DNA of 63,871 bases, filler included. It is 13 parts of 13 records of this genome, joined end to end, with 100 filler letters (N's around TTAATTAATTAA, not from the genome) between each part and the next. Parts side by side here need not be neighbours in the genome. Positions count along the whole stretch, not along the records: positions 29,548 to 37,221 come from SRR15195285_4117; positions 37,322 to 40,900 come from SRR15195285_4121; positions 41,001 to 44,498 come from SRR15195285_4124; positions 44,599 to 49,317 come from SRR15195285_4128; 9 more parts are not named here. One strand, 5' to 3'. Under the pieces are notes generated by a model. It worked only from the letters and a program-made list of their open reading frames with translations. It was not told where the DNA came from and did no database searches. Positions 33,001-45,550 of this stretch are shown here, in pieces. The translations under genes were made by a program, and so were the position numbers. Position 1 is the first letter of the stretch. Every line of letters begins with the position of its first letter.

Positions 33001-36000
33001 ATAAACCCGTGTCCGATGGTCTTCGCAGCAAACTCCACTAGGAATATCAGGAAAAGGACATCGTTTATCCTATCAAAGGTTTCCTGAGTTTCGGCCGGAA
33101 GTGAGTTCGGCGGACCTTCTGCAGCCAGCAAACCTGTGCCAATCAATATTGCAACGAGTATGATGCTGTCGAAAATGTCATTTGCTGCTAATGCAGCCAT
33201 ACCCTTCCGGAAGTTGTGATTGGATTCGAACAGAAACAACGACTTGTCATCGTTGTACCATTTCGCCCCTGGATTGATTGTACCAAAGTTCACAGGAACC
33301 CATATCAGCCGCATGGCCACATTCGCAATGCCGGTGCGATCGAGCGAAGCCAAGTGGGAGCGAATGGCGTGGTCGAAATCTGCGGTGCCAGGCTGCACAC
33401 CCTCTAGTATGTCCCGAAACACATCTTTTTGGCACTGGAACTGACAATCCCAGCTCACAATGAGATCTACCAATGCAGCCACGGCCACCTCATCTTTTGT
33501 CAGCGGGTTGTCTGCTAGCTTGACCGCTCCGAGCAGATTTTTGTCCATCTGCATGTCGCTGTAGATGCCAGCTCGATCCAGCTCATTACTTTCGACATCG
33601 ATGCCGCATACGGTGCCTGGTTTCTTACCCTCACCACCACACAACCAAACCAACCGGTGCACGAACGAAATCTTTGGCTTCTTCGCAGCCTCCGCTTTTT
33701 TGTAATTCTCGTCTTTCATCTTCTCCACTTGTAGCTCCACCTTCTCTTTCTCAGCAATCTCAAAATTCTCTAGAATGACTGCAATGAAGAGACTTAAGAG
33801 AATGAAATTGCAGAATGCAAAGTTGAGGAAGAACAGCAGCGGAGTGATCCAGCCGGGAGCCATTTCCATGTGATCGTGCATCTGGTTGACCCAGTCATCC
33901 CCAGTCATGACCTGAAACGCGAGTAAGAATGCACGTGGGAAGTCTTCAAAGTTTCGACGGGGAATCAAACCCAAGCGGATGAATTGCTGTACGTCATAGC
34001 CGTAGCGATACTCCGCAATTTCGTCAGGGTTGTCGCTAGACATCGCGTAATGCCGAATGTCGTACACACCGTCGCCAGAAAGTCTACCCCACAGAGATCC
34101 ACTGTTGTCTCCATAACCCCATTCGGCATTTTCCGGGTGGTAACCGCCGCCGAGCAAGTGCATTCCACCGATGGAAAAGATCAGCACGGCAAAGAATATG
34201 AAGAGGATGAGATTTGCCAGCGACGCTCCACTACCGAACACCGTGATCAGTACACGCTTGAGGTTCTTGTTCTTGTATAAGATGCGCATGACCCGCAGTA
34301 CGCGGAACAGACGAAACATCCGGAAGAGCTTGAATACGGCGAAACCGCCTCCCTCATCGCCTTCGGCCATCGCTTCACCTAGCATATCTAGACTAGACGT
34401 CACGACGATGAAGAAGTCCAGCTTGTTGAAGTTCACTCGGATGTACTCTCGGAAACCCATCCCTAAAATCTTCATAACGCACTCCATGGTGAACACAAAG
34501 TTGAAGACGTAGTTCAAGTGCTTGTTCATCTCAATGAAGCTGTCAGATTGACACAGTTCTTCGACTTGCATCTGCTTGCACGCTGACCGGTTGTGGTGGT
34601 CCATCGCCAACAAGATGGTGTTGAGGAAGATGAACGACAAGATAAGGTTGTCGAACCACTTCTGATTGATGATCCCTTCCCGAGAAGCCAGATCCCTTCT
34701 ATTGGGCCCAGCATCTTCGCCATATAGTGATTCGTGCTCTTCAAAAGGGCCTCTGCCACCTAGTGCAGCGACAAAGTAGAAAGGCTTGTTCCAACGTTCC
34801 GCCCGATCATCCCTGATCTGTTTCGCAGCGTCGCGTCTCTCTATCGCACCCATGGCCTGCCCCTCATCTCCGAGTCCCTCATCTGGAGCATTAGCTGTTC
34901 TGACATCCATAAACACGGTCGTGATCACGGCGACAAACATGTTCACCGTAATGTAGCTCAAGAAGAACACGTTGAATGTGCCGAAGGACCACGATATCAT
35001 AGAGCCAAGCCCGTTGTTCGCGTCGGCTAGGCGATGCGCAGTTTCCCACCAATATAAGTTGGCCATGTTGATGAATAGGGCAATCCATGCATCGCCGATG
35101 CTATCATAGTTCTGGAACCCTTTCCCAGGGTTGAGTGCTGGTTGGCACGTCTGCGTACGGTTGTACGGTCCTGGAATATCATACAGTGGACAGTCGGTGT
35201 CCACGGTACAGTAAGTAATCCACATACCAATCCCTATAGGGTACTCATATCCTGCATCAGACGGGTCAACATCCAGCGGTGGCTGTGGCCATGGGTGGCT
35301 GGCACCGTCCGAGTACGTCCTGTTGCCATCCCATGCAGCCGTGCCCGCCACCATCGAGCCATTCACACTCACACTTGCTTCCATTAGTGGGAATTTGTCT
35401 GGGTTTAACAGCGCTTGCAGATCGAACGTTGCATATTCGCAGCGGTTCAATCCAAGGCCTCGGAACATTTGGATCCCGATGATACCCATCACAACAAACA
35501 GAAATGCAAGAAATGCCATAACGTTCAACGAGTACGGCAGCGCTGCGCCAATCGTGCCCAAAATCTGCCTAATGCCATTAATATTCTTGAACGCCTTCAA
35601 CACGCGCAGGATTCTAAGCGCCCGCAAAGTTTTCATCTCGACCCCGAGCTCCAACCCGGTCACTTCCACAAGCACATTCAGCCACGACGATAGAACCACG
35701 AAAAAGTCGAGCTTGTTCCAGTCGTCGTTCAAATATTTGGGCAGTCGGTCATCGATGATCGGATTTCGGTCCCAAAGGCCCATCGCGACGATGCGTATGT
35801 ACATCTCCACCGTGAAACCAATCTGTACAACATTCACTCGTGCATCAGCACGCACCCGACAAGCTAAGTGGTGTGTGATGCCACAGCGTCGTGATCGCAC
35901 CGTAAGAACCGTGTCGGCGGCGACCATCATTAGCAGCGTTTCCTCTGCAAGAATGTTAGCAGGGCTTTCAATAGCAAGAAGAACAGTGTTAAACAAGATG

Positions 36001-36441
36001 GCGCAGAGCACTGTCATGTCCATCCACGTCGACTTGCACGCGTTCTGGCACCAAAACTGCATGGCGAGTGCTGCAGTTTAGCAATGCACGCCATATCTAG
36101 CGACTAGGTGTGACGAAAAGCGCTGGCTGCACACACTTCGCGCGTGCGAAAAGCGCTGGCTGCACACACTTTGCGCGTGCCAGACGCACCAAAATTGCCT
36201 TGTCAATTTCGCCCGTGTACAGGGCGTCCCCCGCTGCCAGTTGACCCCACGCATCTGTGCTTCCCGGCACGTTCTCATCCTCGAAGGACGACAATTTGAC
36301 GTTCTCGTCCTCGAAGGACGATTGCTTCGCCTGTTCGTTCTCGAAGGCTGCTGGCGACTTTGGTAAAGAATTCCCGTCGTCGGAGAGATCGCCAAGTTTC
36401 AACCCAATTGGGTTGCTCACCTGCTGCTCCCCGGTTGCCAT
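30024..36441 (-). CDS. Four-domain (4x6TM) voltage-gated cation channel, Cav/Nav/NALCN superfamily (~2068 aa); exons 36441-36190, 36056-35901, 35822-30024
   Basis: Four S4 segments (LRALRILRVLK, FRMFRLFRVLR, LLRCLRPLR, IRAMRALR), WNKLDF motifs and S6 N(L/M)F(I/V)AVI motifs. An in-frame 78-nt intron lies at 35900-35823. Confidence 0.93.
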
Positions 36442-37321
36442 GTCTTGCTCCCGGCTACACAGACGCTCCCCAGTCGCGCTGCCGAGACCAGTTCACGGGC
36501 TGCCTCGAGATGAGCAGTCTGATGCTTTGCCGTGCCTCAACTCGCCAGCTGCTTGCTGGCCATGGTCGCTGTGCACAGTGTGCCCGTCGACAAGTGGCTA
36601 GCGCGGCTTGAGCGCTGTTGCCCTTGCTGGGCGCGCCAGACCTGGGCGCAGCCCGAGTGGGGCAAGGCTCAGCGGCCTACCGCCTATACAGTAATGCCTG
36701 CACACTCATGCCACAGTCGCCGAAGTGGAAGCGAGTGGCACGCAGGAACCAGCATGGCGAGAGCTGTTGATTTTCAGGGCACACGACAGTGGGAATTCTA
36801 CCTTCCTTTGGTTTGAGTGTACACTACAATATGAATCGTACTAGTACTGTACAGTACGTAACATTGTTGTACACCATACTAGTACAGCGGGTACTGTACT
36901 GCTAGCATTTCTTCTTGTAAACCGTGTACCTGGTAGCATTACTATGAATAGTATGGTGTACGTGAGTAGACTAGGGTACTGTACTGCCGGTACTACTATT
37001 GATGGTATACCATTATAGTATAGACCGTACCCAAGCGGAAGTACGATTGATGGTCATCTGTGTACAGCTGTAGCCTGTACGCTCTGCTAGATCTAGTACC
37101 ACTATACAGTACATGTAGTACCAGTTGCTGGTACAGCTGTAGCCTGTACGGTACTGTGCATCATCACGATAGTAGGATCCCTGCTGTACTCCGCGTACTA
37201 GCTATTGATAATACACCCCTTNNNNNNNNNNNNNNNNNNNNNNNNNNNNNNNNNNNNNNNNNNNNTTAATTAATTAANNNNNNNNNNNNNNNNNNNNNNN
37301 NNNNNNNNNNNNNNNNNNNNN

Positions 37322-40300
37322 CGGTGTGCATGCGATCGGACTGTTCCCATTACGGACTGCGCCGAGTGCAATGGATTCGTGCCCCCCCCCCTCCGAGCTC
37401 TGTTCCCAAGGTTGCAGAATCTCAGATCGGTGCGGACGCGACCGGACTGTTCCCATTGCAGACTGCGCCGAGTGCAATGGATTCGTGGCGCTGCCCTCAC
37501 GAGGTGATTCCACGTCCTGGACAAAAGGAATGTTTTCGTCTCCGACGTGACATGACTGAGATTGCAGCGTGCCACCAGCCTGATTATTTTCATCTGCGTA
37601 CAATTGGCCTTCGGTAGATATCGCAATTCCCACCACTACCCCCAGCGATGCCACAACGGCAACAAGGTCAAACACAGCTATCAGCCAGAGTAAACCAGTA
37701 AGCACGGTCAAGCACACGCATAAATCGACCCGTAGCGTAGCCTGCCTGATGCTTTGAGAATCCACTCGTCGTAGTTGGTAACGCCGACTGCACATTAGGC
37801 AAGTCTTCGGCACGAAAGTCCAAAACAGCTTCTTGTATGGGCTCTCTACATGAAATACCTCGGCTTTCCATAAGTCTTCTTGTACCCGAATCGCCCACTT
37901 TACCCATCTTGTAAAAGGAGTCAAGAATGCCCGAGTGAATATGTCGATATCTTCGTCCTCAACACATATGGATGACGCATACAGCTGAAACCTTTGGTCG
38001 CCAAGCTTGATCACAGGATCTTGTTTCTTGTGGCGCATCGAAGTCAACGCTGCTCTGAATGATCGAAACGAGCCAAACGGTACTCGCATGTCCAAATTGA
38101 CGACAATGTGTGCAGATATAGCTCCGGAATTCCGGTCGAGCGTGAACGACGTCATCTGTGGCGCTCTCTGTGCGCACGTATTGGTCATCGGGAATGCATC
38201 CAGAACGGCCATCGATCCATCTGCACATTGTGTCTTTAATGACTCTACCATCACCTTTGTCCACGTAGCTTCGTCAGGCACTCGATTGGGTCTAGGATCG
38301 CTGCCGTTTGCCACATCTCCACTAGTGGTTGGGTCGCTGAATCCATCTTCGGTCTCGCTGAATCGAGGCCGATGGCATGGATCGACCTGCAGACAAGCAC
38401 GTAGCACGTTCCATGCTCGCATATAATCATGTACACACGCGCCTTTCAACAGTGAAGACTCTTCAGCAACAAGATTTGCTCGATGAAGCGCCAAATGCTC
38501 GCGTATCCAAAAGTCTTGGGTGAAACCTAGCTTTGTAGCGGCGTTAATCTGAGCCGTTGTCATATACTTTGCACCGCGATATAGCGTCCACGCACCGACA
38601 GTGCGCACTACACAAATATCGGTATGGTCTTCATCAGATGGACTTGCGCGACTTGTGTCCTCGTCTGTCAGCACATCGTGGTCCCAGACCAGGTCGTATA
38701 TTGGACCTACCGACTGCGCTACATGTTTTGTCTTCTCTGTATCCGTCAGATGGGATCCCATTGCCGCTTCAGCTCTTCTCCTTGCGGATCGCTCTTCTTC
38801 TAGACGATGGATGCGGCACCACTCCTCCCACCACTCCCTTTTCTTCCAGCCCAACTCTTCACATGCGTCAGGCTCTTTTGCATACAAATCCTCTGCGAAC
38901 GGCTTTGGCGCCATACCTTCAACCTCAGGCTCTGGCGCCATACCTTCAACCTCAGGTTCTGGCGCCATACCGTCAGGCTTAGCAGACTGGTCAGGCAACA
39001 GGAAATACAGCAAACCCTCCCAGCGGTCCGCGCCACCTTCATCAGACTGCAGATCCTGGAAGATCGCGGACTTCGGTGGATTTTCAGATTGAATCCGTCG
39101 CTCGCTCGGGGCAAATACTGCACGAACGCCAGGAGGAAAACATAACTGCAAGTCAACAAAATACTTCGCGAGCTGCTTGACAACGGCCTTTTGCACGACT
39201 GCAAAGTCGCCCACACGATGTTGCAGAAGTACTTCAGCTTCTCCAGCTCCTTGATCTGGAACACCGATTGTTTCGCCTTTGCTCTGTGGACTGAACAGCA
39301 ACCGCAATCCAATGATTCCAAGCGACCAAATGTCGCGCTTAACATGCGTTTTCTGGGGTCCATCAAACCTCTGCACGTGCAGCAGCTGCTTGTGATCAGC
39401 ATGTTCCAGTCGCTCTTCCATAATCTTGTACCCATCGAAGGTACCGGTCCCACGAGCATCTTTCAAGCTCTCGAACCAGTTCGCTGCCAAGTCAACACTG
39501 CCTTTGATGTGGCTGCTAAGGTGAGCTACCAGTGACAAGAAGACTTCAGGTGCGAGGGTTCCAGATCTGGTTGCAAGCAACCACGGGGCATGCTTCCGGA
39601 GTCCATCATTCGACTCTCCGGCCGTATCAAATCCAACGATATTCAGTGTACACCCTGCAACCTTTTCACCCCCATGGCAGGTAGGTGGGCATACGGTCTG
39701 AGAACACTTAGAACAGACATCCACTTTGTCCAGCGTGACGACCTCAGGCCGGAGTGAGTTGTGGACGTGTTCTTTCAAGTGCAGGTCCCGCAGCTTACAT
39801 GCCAGAATTCCAATATAAGACATGGCGATCCCAGGCCAGAGTTCGCGATTCTTCATCCATATCAGCTCCCCGAAGCAGCTTCCAGTAGCGTCGCGCGCGA
39901 TAATAGACTCCAGCGTCTCCAGAAAGTTATGCCTTGAACTGAGACGCAACGTCCCGCTAGGCTCTCCATTGGCAACTGAGTAGTATCCATCTGTCTTGTC
40001 CGGTTCTATCTGTTCACCAGCATCCTTGTTTGCGGATCTTTCAATGGGGTTCTTCCACTCGCTCGGAAGTGGCCGTACCTCTAAGACGTAGTGATCTGTA
40101 CCGTCGGAACAAATGTAGCGGTCACTGGCAAATTTGGATCTTTCCTCGATCCGTTCTAGATCCTCCCAAAAAAGCTTCTGCTCTGTTTCTGTTTTAGAGA
40201 GCTCTTTTACGGCGTTTCTGAGCGTCCTGAACTGGCTGGGTTCACGGGGCTTGTACAGAGGTGCTTTGACGAAGAATCTCGCAGGCGAGATGACCTTGCT

Positions 40301-40900
40301 ATCACGTTGAACACTGTCAAACACATCACTGGTCCGTACGTTCTTACCGCCGACTTTTTTGAGGTCGTGACGCTTCACGGCCCCAATCACCGAGATTCCG
40401 GCACCGATTACACTGGACGCTAAGTCGGACGGGAGATCTCGTTGCTGGTCATGTGACAAACGGTGAGTGTGTTGCCATGTTGCACTTTCCACGGGCCGCA
40501 GATCACAGTCAATTCCAATGCCGTTGGTCGGCGGCCAGTTATCATATCCTGCAGTGCCGTGTGTTGTTTCTACCCCCAGTGCAACATCTGCGAGTGCACT
40601 TCCTTCGACGCCTGCTTCCCTACTACGAGTGCAGCAACAATGAAGAGAACGCAAAAAAGCCTGAGGATCTTTGTTGCCGTCGTCCCAGGCCTGCGTGAGG
40701 ACAAAACCAAATCCAGGGAACCCAACGCAACCTGCAAATAGCCATATCCACGATGCTTTTCCCTCACAGGTGCCCTCTGATGTCAAGAAGCCGTTCGTGC
40801 ACATAACTGCTACAACGGCGGAACAAGCAGATATGAACAACATAAATGCACCGACGGTTCTCCGCTTAAACTGCATGAAAAAATAAGTAATAATCAAACA
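37322..40900 (-). CDS. Membrane-anchored protein-kinase-fold protein, probably a pseudokinase; partial at both ends
   Basis: Kinase subdomain remnants HNSLRPEV (for HRDLKPEN), GFD (for DFG), TLAPE, RDIWSLG and CLQVDPCHRP. TM helices near both ends. 16-aa repeat (TNPLHSAQSxMGTVRS x2) at the C-terminus. Confidence 0.7.
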
Positions 40901-41286
40901 NNNNNNNNNNNNNNNNNNNNNNNNNNNNNNNNNNNNNNNNNNNNTTAATTAATTAANNNNNNNNNNNNNNNNNNNNNNNNNNNNNNNNNNNNNNNNNNNN
41001 TGGGCTGGTGGGCACGCTCGCATAGCTGCTGGCTGCGTGGGGGTTCTGGGGGCACTGGCGCAGGTCTGAGTAGCCAGAGAGCTGCTTTTTGACCCTCCAA
41101 AGCGCTGGTATGAAGCGCGGAGGTGGGCGGGCAGGGGGTGGGGGGTGGCGGCACGATGCTGGCGGAGCCACCGTCGCGCAGTCGCCAAGGCGTTGTTGAG
41201 CGTAGCGTAGTGATAGCGCTGTGCCACGGTCCAGTAGACGTCGGAGGGTCAGACTGGTTGCTATAGCAACCTTCATAGCTATCTCA

Positions 41287-44200
41287 CTAAACACGTACGC
41301 CTAGTGGTTCCCTTTTTTGATAGATGCGGATCAACTTCACCATTGCATTAACTTTACCTATCGGGCTACCATTGCTTGCTAATACGTTGAAAATACTCCA
41401 AGAGGACCGTCGTATCGTTCTTTGGAGCAGCATAAACGGACGTGCGCACGTTCTCTCTCCCGATGAGGGATCCAAGCACTGCCTCGACCTCGGCTGCATC
41501 AAAGTCGCAGTAAATTATATCGTAGCTCGGCGCTGATGATGTCAGCGTTGTTGCGACATACGCTGGAAGCTTGCGAGCTGGCCAGCCTCTAGTAGTAGCC
41601 TGCACACCTCTCCGTTTGTGGTCAGGCTGCGCGCGGATTTCTGTTGCTTTCTCCGCCCGTGCGTTGAGCCTTGCTAGCAAAGGTTGCAACACACCACCGG
41701 GGACGCTTTCGGCGGTGTAAAAGAAGTTTGCGTATGGTGATGCTTTGTAGCAATCGTTGACAACAACTGGACCCGCCTGATAACACAGATTAGACAGCAC
41801 AGAAAATAGTAGTCCACAAGGCAGACAAGAGCCACGTCAGCAATGCGACGAAAACGACCGCTTCCGTGCACGAGCATGTCGCCTAATGTTCGTCAGCCTA
41901 AAGCTAGGATTAATGAAATCGCTCACATATATATCATAAGTGAGCGCCCCTGTGCCGAAGACAAACCATTGCGGCCGAGCTAAGCCTACGACTGAACTGT
42001 TCAGCTCCTCTCGTCCCTCGTGTTGCTGTCGCCTGTACTGTGGCTGTGATGGAGAGGTAAACAAAACCGTGGGCACTGCCTTGTTGACGTACAGGGCATA
42101 GAGTGAATCTGGTTCTGTCATCGCTGCCTCGCACTTGTAATGCGTCAAAGATTCTCCAAGCCTTACGTCTAATCCAAGCTGATCCTTTACACTACAATGA
42201 AAAACGACATCAATTGTGCAGTTAACATAGTTAGAACGACGCGTCACGATCGTAGTCAGTGACTGCAGCACACGCCAAGCTATGGTCACATGCTCAGACA
42301 TGCACCCATTGCCGTCGATAAGAGATCCAATTGGACATACCGGGTCAACGCACTCTCCGCTGTGCGACCACCTGCGCTGGGTTGAAGCCTTGGGCGAGAG
42401 CTATTGACAGCCTATTCACAAGAGATATTACGATCAACAAATTTCCGTAGTTCAAGCTGTGCTATGCGACAATGGCCAAGGAACACTTGTGGCCATCATT
42501 AGCGCGAGAAGTGCACAAAGTAGTCAGCATAACTATGGACATACCTGCGCGAGACTGACACTATTGCCGTCAATATTCGAATAGCGAAATACAAGCCCTG
42601 GTATCTTCGATCCCCCATCTTGCATATGATTTCGGTCTGTAGATTTAATCAATGGCGACGGTGCTGTCGATTTTGGAAAAGAAATGTAGCCGACGGTATC
42701 CATTTTGCAGCCGGCCTCGAAACTGCTGGCGAAATTGTCGAGCTGTTTGAATTTGCCTGTGTTATATCAGAGCGGTGCAGGCAAGAATCATAAGATCAAT
42801 GGTTTGTGGACTCTTCGAGCTCAAGCAAAGGGAGTTTGCGACAGGATACGGATAGACGGAGCCTTTACGCATGTGGGAGTGGCCCGTGAGGAACGACACC
42901 GGCTTTGTCGGTCCTGTTCCACTAAGCAGTCAGAATTCGCACTCCAACCTTTGACTTTGGGGAAATCAGCGTATCAGTCACTGAAAAGACGAATAGAACC
43001 AGTTTGTAAATATGCCAAGGGTTGCACGAATGGCGTCGTTGATCACCGTCACCTGTTCAGCGAAAGCATGCGCACCCCACCGTGCCGTCATAATTATGTG
43101 AAAATCAAAATGGCACTACAATGGTTTGGACGTCTGGATCGAATATGAGTATGGGACCTCAATATTCACAACCAAACTGGATGTGACACTACTATAGCAT
43201 ACCAGAGGGTCCTCTGCATCCATGTGTGCAAGCACGACGATCGCATCCGCCGATGTACCGTCTGAGGAGAGAGCTGCCTTGAACCACGCCGATGCTACAA
43301 CGTCTTCCACCCTAAGCACATCCACTGCAGGGCAATGGTCTTCCATGTTGTCTGCATTCACATCAACCATAGCCATGAACAACGCTTTGAATTGCAATCA
43401 CCACGAGACAGCCACACAATTATGCAACGGAGGATCATGAATGTGCGTAGCGCTAGTCTGCTTCGGTCGGCTCCACGAATGTAAATTGATCAATGTGCAA
43501 ACAGTACGACGAGGCGGTGTACACCTGCAATAAGCAGGAGAGGAAATGGGTCCTTACAGAGAAACCCAAAGACGAGCAGCCGCGTACCGTGCGGTCCAGT
43601 CAAAGTGGTAAATCGCTTGCCCACAGGCGTGGTGGTGTTTGGCTGGACAATATTGGACGTCAAGTACCTGCAACGCATCCATGATTGTCAGTAGCCACTC
43701 CACACGGTCAGACATCGAATTATGTTTGAGGATAACCTACCTTCCATTCCAGCTGGCGACGTATCCATTTTGCTGTAGCCCTGTGATTGGACAGAGATCG
43801 TTATTGCCGTCCCCGCGTTGGTACAGCTCGTGGTTTCCGCAGTTGAGTGCGTCGTAGGAGACAGTGCGCAGCAGCGGTGAGAGGTAGTCTACATGATTGC
43901 CCGCAGTCGCGCTGAAGCCAGTTCCATCATTTATATCGCCGTTGTCAAACACAAACACATCCTTGCCTGCAGCATCGGCCGCGGTGCGCAGTGACCCCAC
44001 CATTGTCTCGAGATCAGCGATCGATGCGTTCAGATGTGGCTGGTGCGCTCGACCGTCAAGCCAGCTGTGCATGTCCGTTGTTACAACCAGGTTTATGTCC
44101 GAGAACGTCAGCGGCTGCTGCTTGGTGGCTGGGCACACGGAGTCGTAGTCCGGACAGCAGTCGCCGTACGAGTAGCAAGTCGGCGCGCAGTAGCATACGC

Positions 44201-44342
44201 TGTCATGGTGCCCGCACCCGAGCGCTGCGCAGGTGTGTGGCGGTGGCGGCGCGGACGCTGCTGGGGCTGTTTCTCCACTGATGATGTTCTCACTGGCTGT
44301 TGGGGTCGCCAGCACTACCACCAGCCCGAGCAGAAGCATCAT
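41287..44342 (-). CDS. Secreted calcineurin-like metallophosphoesterase / 5'-nucleotidase-like protein with N-terminal somatomedin-B-like domain, many introns
   Basis: Signal peptide MMLLLGLVVVLA. SMB-like CYCAPTCYSYGDCCPDYDSVC. Motifs TDMHSW, DNGDINDGTGFS, GNHELY, RYLTSN, LAHM and FLTGHSH. The 3' end is approximate. Confidence 0.85.
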
Positions 44343-45550
44343 GGGTGCACGTGTGTATCCCGTACTCGCCTGTATCGAGATAATCGAGGATAGACCCTGA
44401 CGTCCCTGAGGGGGTCCGCGGGCGGCGTCGCGCGCCGGCGCGTATCATGCATACGCACTGTACATGTATGTGCGCCGGGTGCGTCGATCAGACCCAAGNN
44501 NNNNNNNNNNNNNNNNNNNNNNNNNNNNNNNNNNNNNNNNNNTTAATTAATTAANNNNNNNNNNNNNNNNNNNNNNNNNNNNNNNNNNNNNNNNNNNNAT
44601 GAGAGCTCCTCGGGCGTAACACATGTACAAGCTCAGTGGCCCATGAACCCGGGTCAAAAATTTCCATGTACGCCAGAATGAAAACTGTTCCCGTGATCTG
44701 GTGAAAAAAAGAAGGAAAAAAGAATTGGCTCACGTTGATCAGCTCGACGCCGACCTGCGGTGTGGCCCGGTGCCCAAAAAGCCAACAAACCAGCGCTACT
44801 AATCTCGCGTTGCACTGCGCCAAACTGCGCTTAGTGTTGGCTACGTGCGCGTTGCCAACGCCCTTCATCCATTCTGGTGGTAGCCTTTCAGCTTTGCCGA
44901 GGGACCTAATGGAGCTTATCGGCATGCGCATATTCCCCGACGTAGCAATCTACGTTCGTACGTTGTTGCCCACAAGTATGGATACTGGTCGGCAAGGCCA
45001 CCATATGAGCCATCGTACCATGAGCGCCACGCCAAGCGCCGCTGCAACATTGTCTCACCAGTCTGAATGATCGCGTGGCGTCGAGGTGTAGCGCTTTCAA
45101 TCGCCGATATATTTGAAACGGCGGGAAAGATAGGATCAGTAGCGCAATGCCCAATGCGTAATGTCCACATCATCAGCTCTCTATACAGTGGTAGTGCTAA
45201 GACTGGAATGTACCGATCATGAAAGTATCAATCGTTTTTCTCCCATTGCGACCACTTAGTGCTCTTGCTGACCGCAGTTGTTTCTAGCACTACTGGTTCC
45301 AACTGCTCAAGCTCACGCTAGTCACACATTGACAGCGAGGCCAGCGTCCGCAGCAGCAGATGTAGCGCACCACTCGACCTGACCCGCCGCGGCGGGTCAA
45401 GTTGAGAATGGCTACATAGCCACACCCACGCAGCCACGGCCACGGCTCACCCGCCTCATGGCCCATCCCCATGAGGCCCGCGAAACCAGCCGCCCATGAG
45501 ACGAACCTATCCCAAGCAAGCCGCGACAATCATGTCCCGCAGCTGCGCCG

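Noticed and set aside
36115-36180. Direct repeat GAAAAGCGCTGGCTGCACACACTT x2
   Set aside because: A local tandem duplication inside the first intron of the channel gene, with no other copy noticed.
37335-37490. Two ~45-bp direct repeats separated by unique sequence, CRISPR-like at first glance
   Set aside because: Only two copies, in frame within a CDS (TNPLHSAQSxMGTVRS). No cas genes, and the context is eukaryotic.
42915-43020. Possible GC-AG intron (G|GCATAT) in the nucleotidase gene
   Set aside because: Alternative GT donors with another acceptor also keep the frame, so this cannot be decided without transcripts.
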